DNA of 64,000 bases from an uncultured Acetatifactor sp. (GCA_947631615.1 CANRLX010000008.1:1384-65383), one strand, 5' to 3'; positions 38,593-47,699 are shown, numbered from the stretch's first letter. Made by a program: numbers and translations. The notes: generated from the sequence alone by a model not told the origin.

Positions 38593-38700
38593 ATGGCTGC
38601 AGTACAGCTTTTCCAGAAAGAGGATATCGACCTTGTCGTTTTAGATATCATGCTGCCCAAGATTACGGGGCTTGTATCAAATCATACGTGTGTGATATAA
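38593..38700 (+). pseudogene. fragment of a response-regulator receiver domain
   Basis: AVQLFQKEDIDLVVLDIMLPKITG followed by unrelated sequence and a stop after 35 aa. Confidence 0.6.
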
Positions 38701-38827
38701 TTTAAAAAATCAAGGAGCACTCCTGTTAAGTGGCAAATAACGGGTTTGCAAAAGATGAGTGTCCCATTGTTACGAGGAGAAAATCAATCAAAAACAGCTT
38801 TAACCAAACAGAAAAGGAGGCATCACT

Positions 38828-39607
38828 ATGGGACTTGATATCTACGCCGGAACATTGACCCGGTACTATTCTCACAACTGGAAAACCGTTGTTCAGCAGT
38901 GGGCGGAGGAAAACGGATACACCTTTTACCGAATCACGCCGGATGAAGAACCTGCTGATAACGAGGAAGAAATGTCCCCAGCTGAGGTCCAGGCGGCGGT
39001 GGAGAACTGGCGGGATCAGATCTTGAGCGCCATTTCTCAGCCGGGTCAGTCCCCCTACACCGCCTGGCCGGAGGATAATGAAAAGCCCTATTACACCAAC
39101 AAGCCGGATTGGGATGCCTTCGGCGCTATGCTGCTGGTGGCCGCCTGCCATACATACGATGAACCGGTGCCTCCCACCGTGGCGAAGGACTGGAACTTCG
39201 GGGAGCATCCTCTGGTCGCCCGCCTTGCGGCAGATGAAGAGCGGGTGTGGTCCCTATTCCGTGGGGCTACCTGGTGGCTGCCTCTGACGGACACCTTCTT
39301 CTTTCAGGCGCCTCTGCCCACCGATGATCAGACGATGATCGCCACCCTGGGCGGTCTGCGGAAGGAGCTGGAGAAACTGAATCAGCTGGCGTGGCAGGCC
39401 GATGAGGATACCATCCTTGATTGGGCGGATACGGAGGGATACCCGGTAGACGGAACCATAGATGCAGATGGACAGTACAGCAAGGCGGACATCCCGGAAC
39501 ACACCCAGTATGACACACAATCCCTGGCCAAGTTTGCCTTCTCCATGTTCTGGCGGGCCATGCGGTTTGCCGAGGAGCAGCAGGTGCCTATCCTGCTTGA
39601 TTATTAA
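38828..39607 (+). CDS. hypothetical acidic Trp-rich protein
   Basis: 259-aa ORF with RBS AAGGAGG, GC-richer than its flanks. Confidence 0.8.
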   Translation: MGLDIYAGTLTRYYSHNWKTVVQQWAEENGYTFYRITPDEEPADNEEEMSPAEVQAAVENWRDQILSAISQPGQSPYTAWPEDNEKPYYTNKPDWDAFGAMLLVAACHTYDEPVPPTVAKDWNFGEHPLVARLAADEERVWSLFRGATWWLPLTDTFFFQAPLPTDDQTMIATLGGLRKELEKLNQLAWQADEDTILDWADTEGYPVDGTIDADGQYSKADIPEHTQYDTQSLAKFAFSMFWRAMRFAEEQQVPILLDY

Positions 39608-39701
39608 GAAGGCTTAAAATTAAGAGCACTCTATCGTATGGATGATCTAAAGAAAGGTATGGAATAAATAGAAATTTGTTAGACTATAAAGGAGAAAATA
39701 A

Positions 39702-39938
39702 ATGATGGGTTTTTTCAAAAAAAAGCAAGAAAAACTGCACTTGGAAGTGATTCCATCGACCATACAAGAAAACGGTACTTTGTTGACAGCTGAATTAGGA
39801 GTTTATCAAGGAAATCCTGTTGTTTTTACCTATGATTCCAGGACGCAGGATATTATGATTCCTGAAGTTTTGGAGCCAATTTATCCTGCTATTGAAGAAG
39901 CAGTAGTGCGTTATCTACGGCAAGTCGGAAAAATGTGA
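39702..39938 (+). CDS. small hypothetical protein
   Basis: RBS AAAGGAG, AT-rich; followed by a hairpin and T tract at about 39953-39987. Confidence 0.65.
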   Translation: MMGFFKKKQEKLHLEVIPSTIQENGTLLTAELGVYQGNPVVFTYDSRTQDIMIPEVLEPIYPAIEEAVVRYLRQVGKM

Positions 39939-40096
39939 GTAACACAGTATTAGAGCGTATAGAAATTAGTCTATGCGCCCTTTTTTGTCCAAAGGAAATC
40001 ATTCAAAGACAGTGTATACAAAGGCTGATTATCAACGAGTCTCTTGAAAAAAAAGGAAATCATCCACACAATCGCTTGACAAACCTTTTCAAAAGA

Positions 40097-40144
40097 AAAA
40101 CCTTCAAACCGAGTAAGTTACCTTACCTCAGTTTGAAGGTCTTT
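40097..40144 (-). terminator. terminator downstream of flagellin
   Basis: ACCTTCAAAC...GTTTGAAGGT stem with a minus-strand T tract. Confidence 0.65.
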
Positions 40145-40163
40145 GTACTGCTTGGAAAGTGAT

Positions 40164-40931
40164 CTACTGGAACAGCCTCATAACCGAACCCTGATCCTCC
40201 ATCTTTCTTCTCAGCATCAGATTTCTGTATTGGGAGAGGAGCTGCTGCTTTTGCTTCTCGGAGACGGCCTTCGGCATATCCAGATCCTCGATACGGCTTC
40301 TGGAGCCTACCAGGTTTTCCGAAGCCTGCTTATTGTAATTGTAGGTGTGCTCCAGGCGGTTCACGGACGCTCCCATTCTCCCTCTTGCCTTGGAGACCAT
40401 GTCCATAGCCTTACCGACAGCGTTCAGATCAAAATCGCCCGTCACATTGTAGCCCGCAAGCCCCAGCGCCTTGAGCGTGGTGTTTTCCATCTGAATACTA
40501 AGCCCGCCGCCGCTGGGATTCGTGGCCAGATTCAGATCCGCCATACTGCCGTCCAAAAGCTTCTGCTGATTCAGGGATGTCCCTTTCGCCAAGGATTGGA
40601 TGCCCTCCATCATGCCGTTGATCTCGGACTGAAACGCCTGTCGATCGGAATCCGAGTACAGCCCATTCATGGAGCGTATGGAAAGCTCGTCGATCCGCTG
40701 CAGGTAGTCCATGATGCCGTCCATAGCACCGTCGGCCACATTCAGCGCACCCATGCCGTCCCTTGCGTTCTGGGCGCCCACGTCAAGCCCCGTTTCATAC
40801 TTTAAAAGCTTCTGAGCGATGGCAAGCCCCGACGCGTCGTCAGCGGCACGATTGATCCGTTTTCCGCTGGAAAGCTGCGCATATATGTCAGAAGTACCTC
40901 TGTTGTTAATAGAACCGATATTCATACTCAT
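40164..40931 (-). CDS. short flagellin-like protein (D0/D1 only)
   Basis: LSSGKRINRAADDASGLAI, LQRIDELS, RGRMGASVNRLE, SRSRIEDLD; RBS GGAGG. Confidence 0.85.
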   Translation of the reverse strand: MSMNIGSINNRGTSDIYAQLSSGKRINRAADDASGLAIAQKLLKYETGLDVGAQNARDGMGALNVADGAMDGIMDYLQRIDELSIRSMNGLYSDSDRQAFQSEINGMMEGIQSLAKGTSLNQQKLLDGSMADLNLATNPSGGGLSIQMENTTLKALGLAGYNVTGDFDLNAVGKAMDMVSKARGRMGASVNRLEHTYNYNKQASENLVGSRSRIEDLDMPKAVSEKQKQQLLSQYRNLMLRRKMEDQGSVMRLFQ

Positions 40932-40981
40932 TCGGACCACCTCCCTCGAATGAATCGGGAAGAAACCATCTTTACAACTCC

Positions 40982-41010
40982 ATTATAAAGTACGGTATGG
41001 CAAAATTCAA
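40982..41010 (-). promoter_or_regulatory. sigma-A-like promoter of the flagellin gene
   Basis: Minus-strand TTGAAT-17 nt-TATAAT. Confidence 0.55.
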
Positions 41011-41065
41011 GTGCCTGGGGCAAAAAACTTTTTAGCCCAAAATTTTTTAGCGGTCAGCCCGCCGC

Positions 41066-42532
41066 TCAACCCGCATTTCTTGTGTGTATGTAGTCCTGAA
41101 ATTTCTCCACCAGCTCCTGATCCAATTTGCCCTCCTGGGCCATAGAGGTCAGGATCCCGAAGGCTTTGTCCAGAGACATGGGCTTTTTGTAGGGCCTGTC
41201 CACCGCGATCAGCGCCTCGAAGATATCCACCAGCGACAGGATGCGGATTTCCGTGGGCATCTGCTCCGCCGTCAGGTGATTGGGATAACCGGAGCCGTCC
41301 AGAAATTCGTGATGCGCTCCCGCCCATCTGGGTACATTGCTATAGTGCGTGCTGAAATTGACCATGGAGAGGATATGGCTGGTGATGACTACATGACTCT
41401 CCATCACCTTTCTCTCCGCAGGCGTCAGCGTGCCCCTCTTGATCAGAAGGCACTCCGCTTCCTCCTCGTTCAGATAGGGGATCTCCTCCCCGTCGGCGCT
41501 TCTGTACTTCTTTTCCGCCAGCTCGCGGATCCGGGGCTCCAGCTCCTCCGGCAGGTCGGGAAGCTCGTTCACCTTGCGGACCAGCTCCTCCGCCTCCGTC
41601 AGATAACGGCACGCCTCCTCGTACTCCTCTTTGGATATGCGCTCCTCATAAAAATCTATCTTGTAATAGCTCTTCAACAGCCGGTATTTCATCACGATAT
41701 CATCCAGACGGCGCACCAGCTTCGTGCTTTTATTCATAATGGAGAGCGGAATACTCATCTTTCCGATATCGTGAAGGCTGGCGGCCATCACAAGCTGCTC
41801 CTTCCGGTTTTCGTCAAAATATTCCCGAAATCGCCCCGCCGCGTGCTCCTGATTCAGGTAATCCACAAATCCGCTGGTGTACTCTGTCACGTTCTTGGTG
41901 TGGCTTCCGTTGTAGGGGGTGCGTTCATCGATGATCGTAGCCATAGTGCCCACATAGGAGTACATCATGTCCTTGATCTCCTTCAGATAGCGCAGATTGG
42001 AGATGGAGATGGACGCCTGGGACGCCAGCGACATCACCGCCTTCTCATAGTCCGGATCGAAGGGGACGATTTTCCCATCCTCCATCGCGTTGATTAACTG
42101 AAGCACTCCGATCAGCTCCCCGTCGCGATTTTTTAAGGGAATCACCATCATAGACTGGGTGTGGTAGCCGGTCAGGGCATCGTACTTTTGGGGGCCGGAA
42201 AAATCAAACTTCTCGCTGTGGTAGACGTCCGCAATGTTGATGATCTCCTCATGGATCGCGGAGTATGCACAGACGTTTTCCTCCCGCAGGGGCACCGGAG
42301 GCATATCGATGGTCTCTCCGTTCCCTCCCTGAAAGATATTCAGCGAGATCGTGCGCATGATCTTAAAATGCAGCTCTCCATCCTCATACAGATACAGCGT
42401 GCCTCCGTCACAGTTGGTGATGTTCATGGCATTCTCCATGATCAGCTCGAAAAGGCAGTTGTGATTTTTCTCGATGGTAAGCAGTATTCCCATCTCCAAA
42501 AGCTCCTCATACTGTTTCTCTGTAAGCTTCAT
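41066..42532 (-). CDS. GAF + HD-GYP cyclic nucleotide phosphodiesterase
   Basis: GAF (DGGTLYL, GVLQLIN), HDIGK, HHEFLDGSGYP, DIFEAL..DRPYK. Confidence 0.9.
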   Translation of the reverse strand: MKLTEKQYEELLEMGILLTIEKNHNCLFELIMENAMNITNCDGGTLYLYEDGELHFKIMRTISLNIFQGGNGETIDMPPVPLREENVCAYSAIHEEIINIADVYHSEKFDFSGPQKYDALTGYHTQSMMVIPLKNRDGELIGVLQLINAMEDGKIVPFDPDYEKAVMSLASQASISISNLRYLKEIKDMMYSYVGTMATIIDERTPYNGSHTKNVTEYTSGFVDYLNQEHAAGRFREYFDENRKEQLVMAASLHDIGKMSIPLSIMNKSTKLVRRLDDIVMKYRLLKSYYKIDFYEERISKEEYEEACRYLTEAEELVRKVNELPDLPEELEPRIRELAEKKYRSADGEEIPYLNEEEAECLLIKRGTLTPAERKVMESHVVITSHILSMVNFSTHYSNVPRWAGAHHEFLDGSGYPNHLTAEQMPTEIRILSLVDIFEALIAVDRPYKKPMSLDKAFGILTSMAQEGKLDQELVEKFQDYIHTRNAG

Positions 42533-42683
42533 ACCCGAAAATCTCCTTCAAATAGCCCAAAATACATATCCGGCAATTACCTGTTCCATTTGTAAATGCG
42601 GATTTGAAAATAAATGCTATATCCGTTATAATACATATGTCGCAGTCATTCTCCGCGACAAAACAGTCACATTGGAGATAACT

Positions 42684-43469
42684 ATGCCTGTCATCGAGAT
42701 TATACCAAAAAGAGAAGAAATAGGCAAGTCATTGGAGCTTGCTTCCAGGTATCACGCCGCCTTTGAGTACAACGATTTTTTTGTTCCGGATGTTCTGGAC
42801 GACCCTCGGCAGGTGGATGCTTTGATCTCCTTTTATTTAAAACTGCCCCGCGACCGAAGTCTGGACACACTGCACGGCACGTTCCTGGACATCACTGTCC
42901 ACAGCTCTGACTCCCTGATCCGCAAGGCGTCCGACCAGCGGATCCGTCAGTCCATGGAGATCGCCAAGGCGCTGGGCGTGCGGGGTGTTGTGTTCCACAC
43001 CAATCTGATCGCCAATTTTCAGGATGCGGCCTACCGGCAAGGCTGGCTGGAGCAAAACCACAGGTATTTCACCGCCCTCGCGGCGGAATATCCCGGGCTC
43101 CACATCTATATGGAAAACATGTTTGACCTGACGCCGGATATGTATGCCGCCTTCGGCTCCCTGACCCGAGATTGCCCCAATCTGCACCTGTGCCTGGATA
43201 TCGCCCACACCAATCTCTCTCAGACTCCCATCGAGGAATGGATCCAGCGGGCCGCCGGAGATGTCCGGCATCTGCACCTGAATGATAACGACGGCGTCTC
43301 CGACCTGCATCTGGCCGTGGGACAGGGCTCTATCGACTGGCACAGCGTAGACCGCTGGCTGCGCCGCTGTCAGGTGGATGCCTCCGTTCTGGTGGAGACC
43401 TCTTTCATCGACCGTCAGGAGCAGTCCCTCTCGTATCTGGAGCAAAACCATATCTACCCCTTTTCCTGA
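42684..43469 (+). CDS. sugar phosphate isomerase/epimerase (AP_endonuc_2 TIM barrel)
   Basis: VVFH, MENMF, CLDIAH, HLHLNDNDG..DLHL. Confidence 0.8.
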   Translation: MPVIEIIPKREEIGKSLELASRYHAAFEYNDFFVPDVLDDPRQVDALISFYLKLPRDRSLDTLHGTFLDITVHSSDSLIRKASDQRIRQSMEIAKALGVRGVVFHTNLIANFQDAAYRQGWLEQNHRYFTALAAEYPGLHIYMENMFDLTPDMYAAFGSLTRDCPNLHLCLDIAHTNLSQTPIEEWIQRAAGDVRHLHLNDNDGVSDLHLAVGQGSIDWHSVDRWLRRCQVDASVLVETSFIDRQEQSLSYLEQNHIYPFS

Positions 43470-43491
43470 CACAGAAGGGGTTGCCCTAAAT

Positions 43492-43546
43492 AAAACCGTG
43501 TGGCTCTGTCTGGGGACCATCTCCCCGAAAGCGCCGCACGGTTTTT
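43492..43546. terminator. bidirectional terminator between convergent genes
   Basis: AAAACCGTGTGGC...GCCGCACGGTTTT. Confidence 0.6.
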
Positions 43547-43564
43547 GCTTTTCCTATTATTTTG

Positions 43565-44170
43565 TCAGTAACGGTAAGAATGATGATCCTTGCCGAACGT
43601 ATATCGTCCGGCGGCATCTACGGTAAAGCTGATGGAATCGGCATAGACCGTGGCATCGCCCTCCACGCAGTTGAGCCCTCCCCGAAGCAGGTAGACCTCT
43701 CCCGGCTTCAGCTCATAGGTGCCGGGGGCAGCAAGCTTTCTGCCCGCGTCTCCGCCAGTGGCATCCCCGGAGGCTCCGGCTCCTACACATCGAACCAGAT
43801 CCCACTGCATTACCATGGGCGTCCTGGTGGGCTTTTTCACGATACGCCATCCAACGGATGCAGAGTCCTGTCCTGATTCCGGCTCGATCTCCAAATCCTG
43901 ATATGCGGGAATGGTGTAGCTTTCCCCCTTCTCTGTGTGGACGTTTGAGAGCACATGACCCTCCTCATTTATGTAGCGGATCAGCATCCCCTGTTCGCCC
44001 CACTCCGGAAACTCCAGCACATCTCCCTCGTACACGATGGTGGCCTCCGTCTCCACATCCTCCACCGGATAGGTTGCCGCATAGACATAAGGCACTGACA
44101 TTCCCGTCAGCATTGCTGCAGCTGCCACCGCGCACAGAATCCGCCTCCGCAGATTTCCTTTCTTTCTCAT
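43565..44170 (-). CDS. hypothetical secreted protein
   Basis: Signal peptide MRKKGNLRRRILCAVAAAAML..VYA; RBS GAGGAGAGG. Confidence 0.7.
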   Translation of the reverse strand: MRKKGNLRRRILCAVAAAAMLTGMSVPYVYAATYPVEDVETEATIVYEGDVLEFPEWGEQGMLIRYINEEGHVLSNVHTEKGESYTIPAYQDLEIEPESGQDSASVGWRIVKKPTRTPMVMQWDLVRCVGAGASGDATGGDAGRKLAAPGTYELKPGEVYLLRGGLNCVEGDATVYADSISFTVDAAGRYTFGKDHHSYRY

Positions 44171-44189
44171 AGCGTTCCAACCTCTCCTC

Positions 44190-44441
44190 TCAGCCTTGCA
44201 GCCCTCTGGCCTGCCTGTCCATGTCCTCCACAACGATATCGTAGATTTCTCCAAGCGAAGCGCAGTATTCCAACACCTTCCAGGGTTCATTGGTATGAAA
44301 ATGGATCTTGATCAGCTCCTCATCGCCCACCGCCAGCAGGCAGTCCCCCTTAAAATTCTCGGTGATATAATTGCTGACCGCGTCCTCATCCAGATCCTCT
44401 CCCTCGATCAACAGCTGCGTATCGTAACGGAACTCCAGCAT
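44190..44441 (-). CDS. stand-alone DAK2/FakA middle-domain-like small protein
   Basis: YDTQLLI, GDCLLAVGD..LIKIHFHTNEP, GEIYDIVVEDM. Confidence 0.75.
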   Translation of the reverse strand: MLEFRYDTQLLIEGEDLDEDAVSNYITENFKGDCLLAVGDEELIKIHFHTNEPWKVLEYCASLGEIYDIVVEDMDRQARGLQG

Positions 44442-44532
44442 AATGCTCTCCTTTTCCAAAACACAAATTTTCCTCTACAGTATATCCTATTTTTTCCTTT
44501 TTGCATAGATTCTATTGAAAATTTTTTGGGAA

Positions 44533-44561
44533 TTGACTTCCTTTTGCTGTGACATTATACT
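44533..44561 (+). promoter_or_regulatory. sigma-A promoter of luxS-mtnN
   Basis: TTGACT-17 nt-TATACT. Confidence 0.65.
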
Positions 44562-44631
44562 TATCTTGGACAGCAAAGGAAGTCCCGTGTAGAAAAGCTG
44601 TAGAGAATGTAGAGAAAAGGAAGGCTGTTAT

Positions 44632-45111
44632 ATGGAAAAGATTGCAAGCTTCACCATCGATCATATCAAATTGCAACCCGGCGTCTATGTTTCCCGAAAG
44701 GACTCGGTGGGCGCAGAGACGATCACCACCTTTGACCTGCGGATGACCAGCCCCAACGAGGAGCCCGTTATGAACACCGCCGAGGTACACACCATCGAGC
44801 ATCTGGGCGCCACCTTCCTCCGCAACCATCCGGTTTTTAAGGAAAAGACGATCTATTTCGGGCCCATGGGCTGCCGCACCGGATTTTATCTGCTTCTGGC
44901 GGGGGACTATGCCTCCAGGGACATCGTGCCGTTGATGGTGGAAATGTTTGAGTTTATCCGCGACTACAAGGATGACGTACCAGGCGCCTCCCCCAGGGAC
45001 TGCGGCAATTACCTGGACATGAATCTGGGTATGGCAAACTATTTGGCAAAGAGGTATCTGGACAACGTGCTCTACGATATCCGCGAGGACAGGCTGATCT
45101 ACCCGCAGTAA
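44632..45111 (+). CDS. luxS: S-ribosylhomocysteine lyase
   Basis: HTIEH, GPMGCRTGFY, CGNY. Confidence 0.95.
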   Translation: MEKIASFTIDHIKLQPGVYVSRKDSVGAETITTFDLRMTSPNEEPVMNTAEVHTIEHLGATFLRNHPVFKEKTIYFGPMGCRTGFYLLLAGDYASRDIVPLMVEMFEFIRDYKDDVPGASPRDCGNYLDMNLGMANYLAKRYLDNVLYDIREDRLIYPQ

Positions 45112-45164
45112 CCGCCATACGGGGCACATAAACCGCACAAACCATTCAAAGGACGGAGGAAATT

Positions 45165-45866
45165 ATGAGCAAAATCGGAATTATCGGAGCAATGGACCTG
45201 GAAGTGGAGGAATTGAAATCCAAAATGCAGGTCTCTCGGATCCTACAAAAAGCAAAAATGGATTTTTATGAGGGCAAGCTGGGCAATGCGGATGTGGTCG
45301 TAGTAAAGTGCGGCATCGGCAAGATCAATGCCGCTCTCTGCGTCCAGATCCTGGCGGATGTCTTTTCGGTCACTCATGTGATCAACACCGGCGTCGCCGG
45401 CTCGTTGAATGTCAAACTGGACATCGGCGATATCCTGATCTCCAGGGATGCCCTTCATCATGACATGGATGTCACAATTTTCGGATATGCTTTGGGAGAG
45501 GTTCCTCAGATGGGTTTCCGAGAGTTTGTTGCGGATGAAACCCTGGTTCAACTGGCGAAAACTACCTGCGAGGAGGTCAATCCAGACCTGCATGTGGTCG
45601 TTGGACGCGTGGTCAGCGGGGATCAGTTTATCTCCAGCAAGGAGGTAAAGGAGCATCTTATTTCCACGTTTCAGGGGGACTGCGCAGAGATGGAGGGGGC
45701 TTCCGTGGCCCATGGCGCATATTTGAACAATATTCCCTTCGTCATCATTCGGGCGATCTCAGACAAGGCGGACGACAGCGCAGAGATGGATTACCCTACG
45801 TTTGAGCGCGCCGCGGCAAGACACTCCGCCAGACTGGTGGAGCATATGGTGGAAAAGATCTCCTGA
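45165..45866 (+). CDS. mtnN: 5'-methylthioadenosine/S-adenosylhomocysteine nucleosidase
   Basis: IGIIGAM, GIGKINAA, INTGVAG, SGDQF, EMEGA, RAISDKAD. Confidence 0.95.
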   Translation: MSKIGIIGAMDLEVEELKSKMQVSRILQKAKMDFYEGKLGNADVVVVKCGIGKINAALCVQILADVFSVTHVINTGVAGSLNVKLDIGDILISRDALHHDMDVTIFGYALGEVPQMGFREFVADETLVQLAKTTCEEVNPDLHVVVGRVVSGDQFISSKEVKEHLISTFQGDCAEMEGASVAHGAYLNNIPFVIIRAISDKADDSAEMDYPTFERAAARHSARLVEHMVEKIS

Positions 45867-45883
45867 GAACCTGAAAAGGTTTC

Positions 45884-46330
45884 TCATTCCGCTTCACTGG
45901 GGTTCTCTTTATTAAACACAAAAAGCTTGCTAAAAACGTAGTTTCCAATCGTGACCAGCACCGCAGAGATCAAGGTCGCAATCACAAGATTGATCCCTAA
46001 CAGATTTCCCAAAACCTGCATCACCACAATGTCCAAAATCCAGGTGGATATACGGGAAATCACAAATTTGGGTGCCTCCTTCAGCATGGGATCATGGCTT
46101 TTAAATACGAATCTGCGGTTGGTGAAATATGCAAACGTCACACCAGCAACCCAGTTGATCGTACTGAGCACCAGATTCTGCGTAGAAGTCGGATTCATAG
46201 TATTGTCATATAAAATAGCGTTTGCAATAAATTTGGCCGTAAAGGAAACGATAGTAGTCAACACGCCCACGATCAGGTAAACTATGATCTCTTCGTATTT
46301 TATCCAAAGCTCTTTTATCTTCTCTATCAT
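45884..46330 (-). CDS. GtrA family flippase-like protein
   Basis: YLIVGVLTTIV, FAYFTNRRFVF, NYVFSKLFVF. Confidence 0.85.
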   Translation of the reverse strand: MIEKIKELWIKYEEIIVYLIVGVLTTIVSFTAKFIANAILYDNTMNPTSTQNLVLSTINWVAGVTFAYFTNRRFVFKSHDPMLKEAPKFVISRISTWILDIVVMQVLGNLLGINLVIATLISAVLVTIGNYVFSKLFVFNKENPSEAE

Positions 46331-46423
46331 GTTCAGCCTCCCTATTGTAACGGCAGTCACAACAGTAATAACTTATCAGTATTTCCTATATTTGTCAAGT
46401 TTTTCTCGACCGGCCATCCACGG

Positions 46424-46522
46424 CATCTCCGTCGGCTTTTTTCGGCTTCTCTTCTGACATCTCTTTCTGGCTTCTCTTCTGACATCTCCGTCGGCTTTTT
46501 CCGGCTTCTCCTCTGACATCTC
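46424..46522. repeat. intergenic composite tandem repeat, 20-bp core GGCTTCTCYTCTGACATCTC x3
   Basis: Cores at 46444, 46469 and 46503, with 5- and 14-nt linkers. Confidence 0.8.
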
Positions 46523-46569
46523 TTCCGGCACCTTTTCCGGCTTCTTGCGGTTTTCTCGGCAGAAGCGCA

Positions 46570-47532
46570 CTAGGGGTTCACAAGATTCTGCACCCTTCCC
46601 TCCTGAAACGCCCGAATGTTGTCGTAAACGCCCTGCACACAGCGGGTCCGCGCCTCCACGCTCCCCCATGCCAGATGGGGCGTAATGATGATCTGGTTGC
46701 TGTCCTTGAGCCTGCTCAAGGGGTTGGATGGCTCCAACGGCTCCTTCTCCAGCACATCCAGGCCTGCTGCCGCGATCTCCCCTGACGTCAGCGCCTCGTA
46801 CAGATCCGTATTGTTGACCACCTGGCCCCGCGCCACATTGATCAGTATCGCCGTTTTTTTCATCTTCCGGAGTGCCTCTCGGTCGATCAGGTTCCGCGTC
46901 AGGTCGCTCAGGGGACAGTGCAGCGAGAGGAAATCACTCTCCCGCAGTAGGGTGTCCATATCCACCCGCTCATAATCCGTGCAGGTGCTTTTCCCCGTGA
47001 TGGAGTGAAAGATCACATGACAGCCGAAGGCAGAGGCGATCCTCGCCACGCGTTTCCCGATGTTTCCCATGCCTATAATGCCCCAGGTCTTTCCCTCCAA
47101 TTCATAGAAGGGGATATCAAAGTTTGAAAATCGATCCTGGGCACTGTATTCTCCGGACTTGACATACGTGTCATAATGTGGGAGTTTCTGGCAGAGGGCG
47201 AGCGCCAGGGTAAATGTGTGCTGGGCCACCATGCTGGTGGAGTAGTCCACCACGTTGCAAACCCGAATCCCTCGGTTTTTGCAGTAGGCCAGATCACAGT
47301 TGTCGTACCCCGTGGCGAACTCACAGATCAGCTTCACGCGGGGCGCGTCCTTCAGCGACTGCTCATTCATGGGAGACTTATTTGCGACAATAATGTCAGC
47401 TTCCTTTACCCGCTCCCGAACCTCCTCGATCGTGACCGTGTTGCGATAGTAAGTCACATTTCCCAGCTCTTCAAAGCAGTCCACAGGGATATCCGGCCCC
47501 ACGCTGTTTCGCTCCAACACTACAATATTCAT
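46570..47532 (-). CDS. D-2-hydroxyacid dehydrogenase (glycerate dehydrogenase-like)
   Basis: ATGYDNCD, GIIGMGNIG, LHCPL, INVARG, LDVL..EP, TPHLAW. Confidence 0.92.
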   Translation of the reverse strand: MNIVVLERNSVGPDIPVDCFEELGNVTYYRNTVTIEEVRERVKEADIIVANKSPMNEQSLKDAPRVKLICEFATGYDNCDLAYCKNRGIRVCNVVDYSTSMVAQHTFTLALALCQKLPHYDTYVKSGEYSAQDRFSNFDIPFYELEGKTWGIIGMGNIGKRVARIASAFGCHVIFHSITGKSTCTDYERVDMDTLLRESDFLSLHCPLSDLTRNLIDREALRKMKKTAILINVARGQVVNNTDLYEALTSGEIAAAGLDVLEKEPLEPSNPLSRLKDSNQIIITPHLAWGSVEARTRCVQGVYDNIRAFQEGRVQNLVNP

Positions 47533-47556
47533 CCTTGTCTCTCCTTCCCTTCCACT

Positions 47557-47604
47557 CTGTCTATGCTCTATGCTGTCTATGCTCTATGCTGTCTATGCTC
47601 TATG
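47557..47604. repeat. 16-bp perfect tandem repeat x3 (CTGTCTATGCTCTATG)
   Basis: Read directly; it lies just upstream of the dehydrogenase RBS. Confidence 0.9.
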
Positions 47605-47699
47605 CTCCCTATCTTTGCACAAAAAGACTGCTGCAGCCTGCAACCGCACACCGCAACAGTCCTCTTTTATTTCATTTTCACACGGGTATTCGCCGCTTA

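Noticed and set aside
39935-40162. 75-aa ORF after the small hypothetical gene
   Set aside because: It runs through two terminator-like hairpins and looks like non-coding AT-rich sequence.
46424-46522. Three 20-bp repeats with linkers, resembling a mini-CRISPR
   Set aside because: Linkers are only 5 and 14 nt and are themselves repetitive, and no cas genes are present; this is a tandem duplication.
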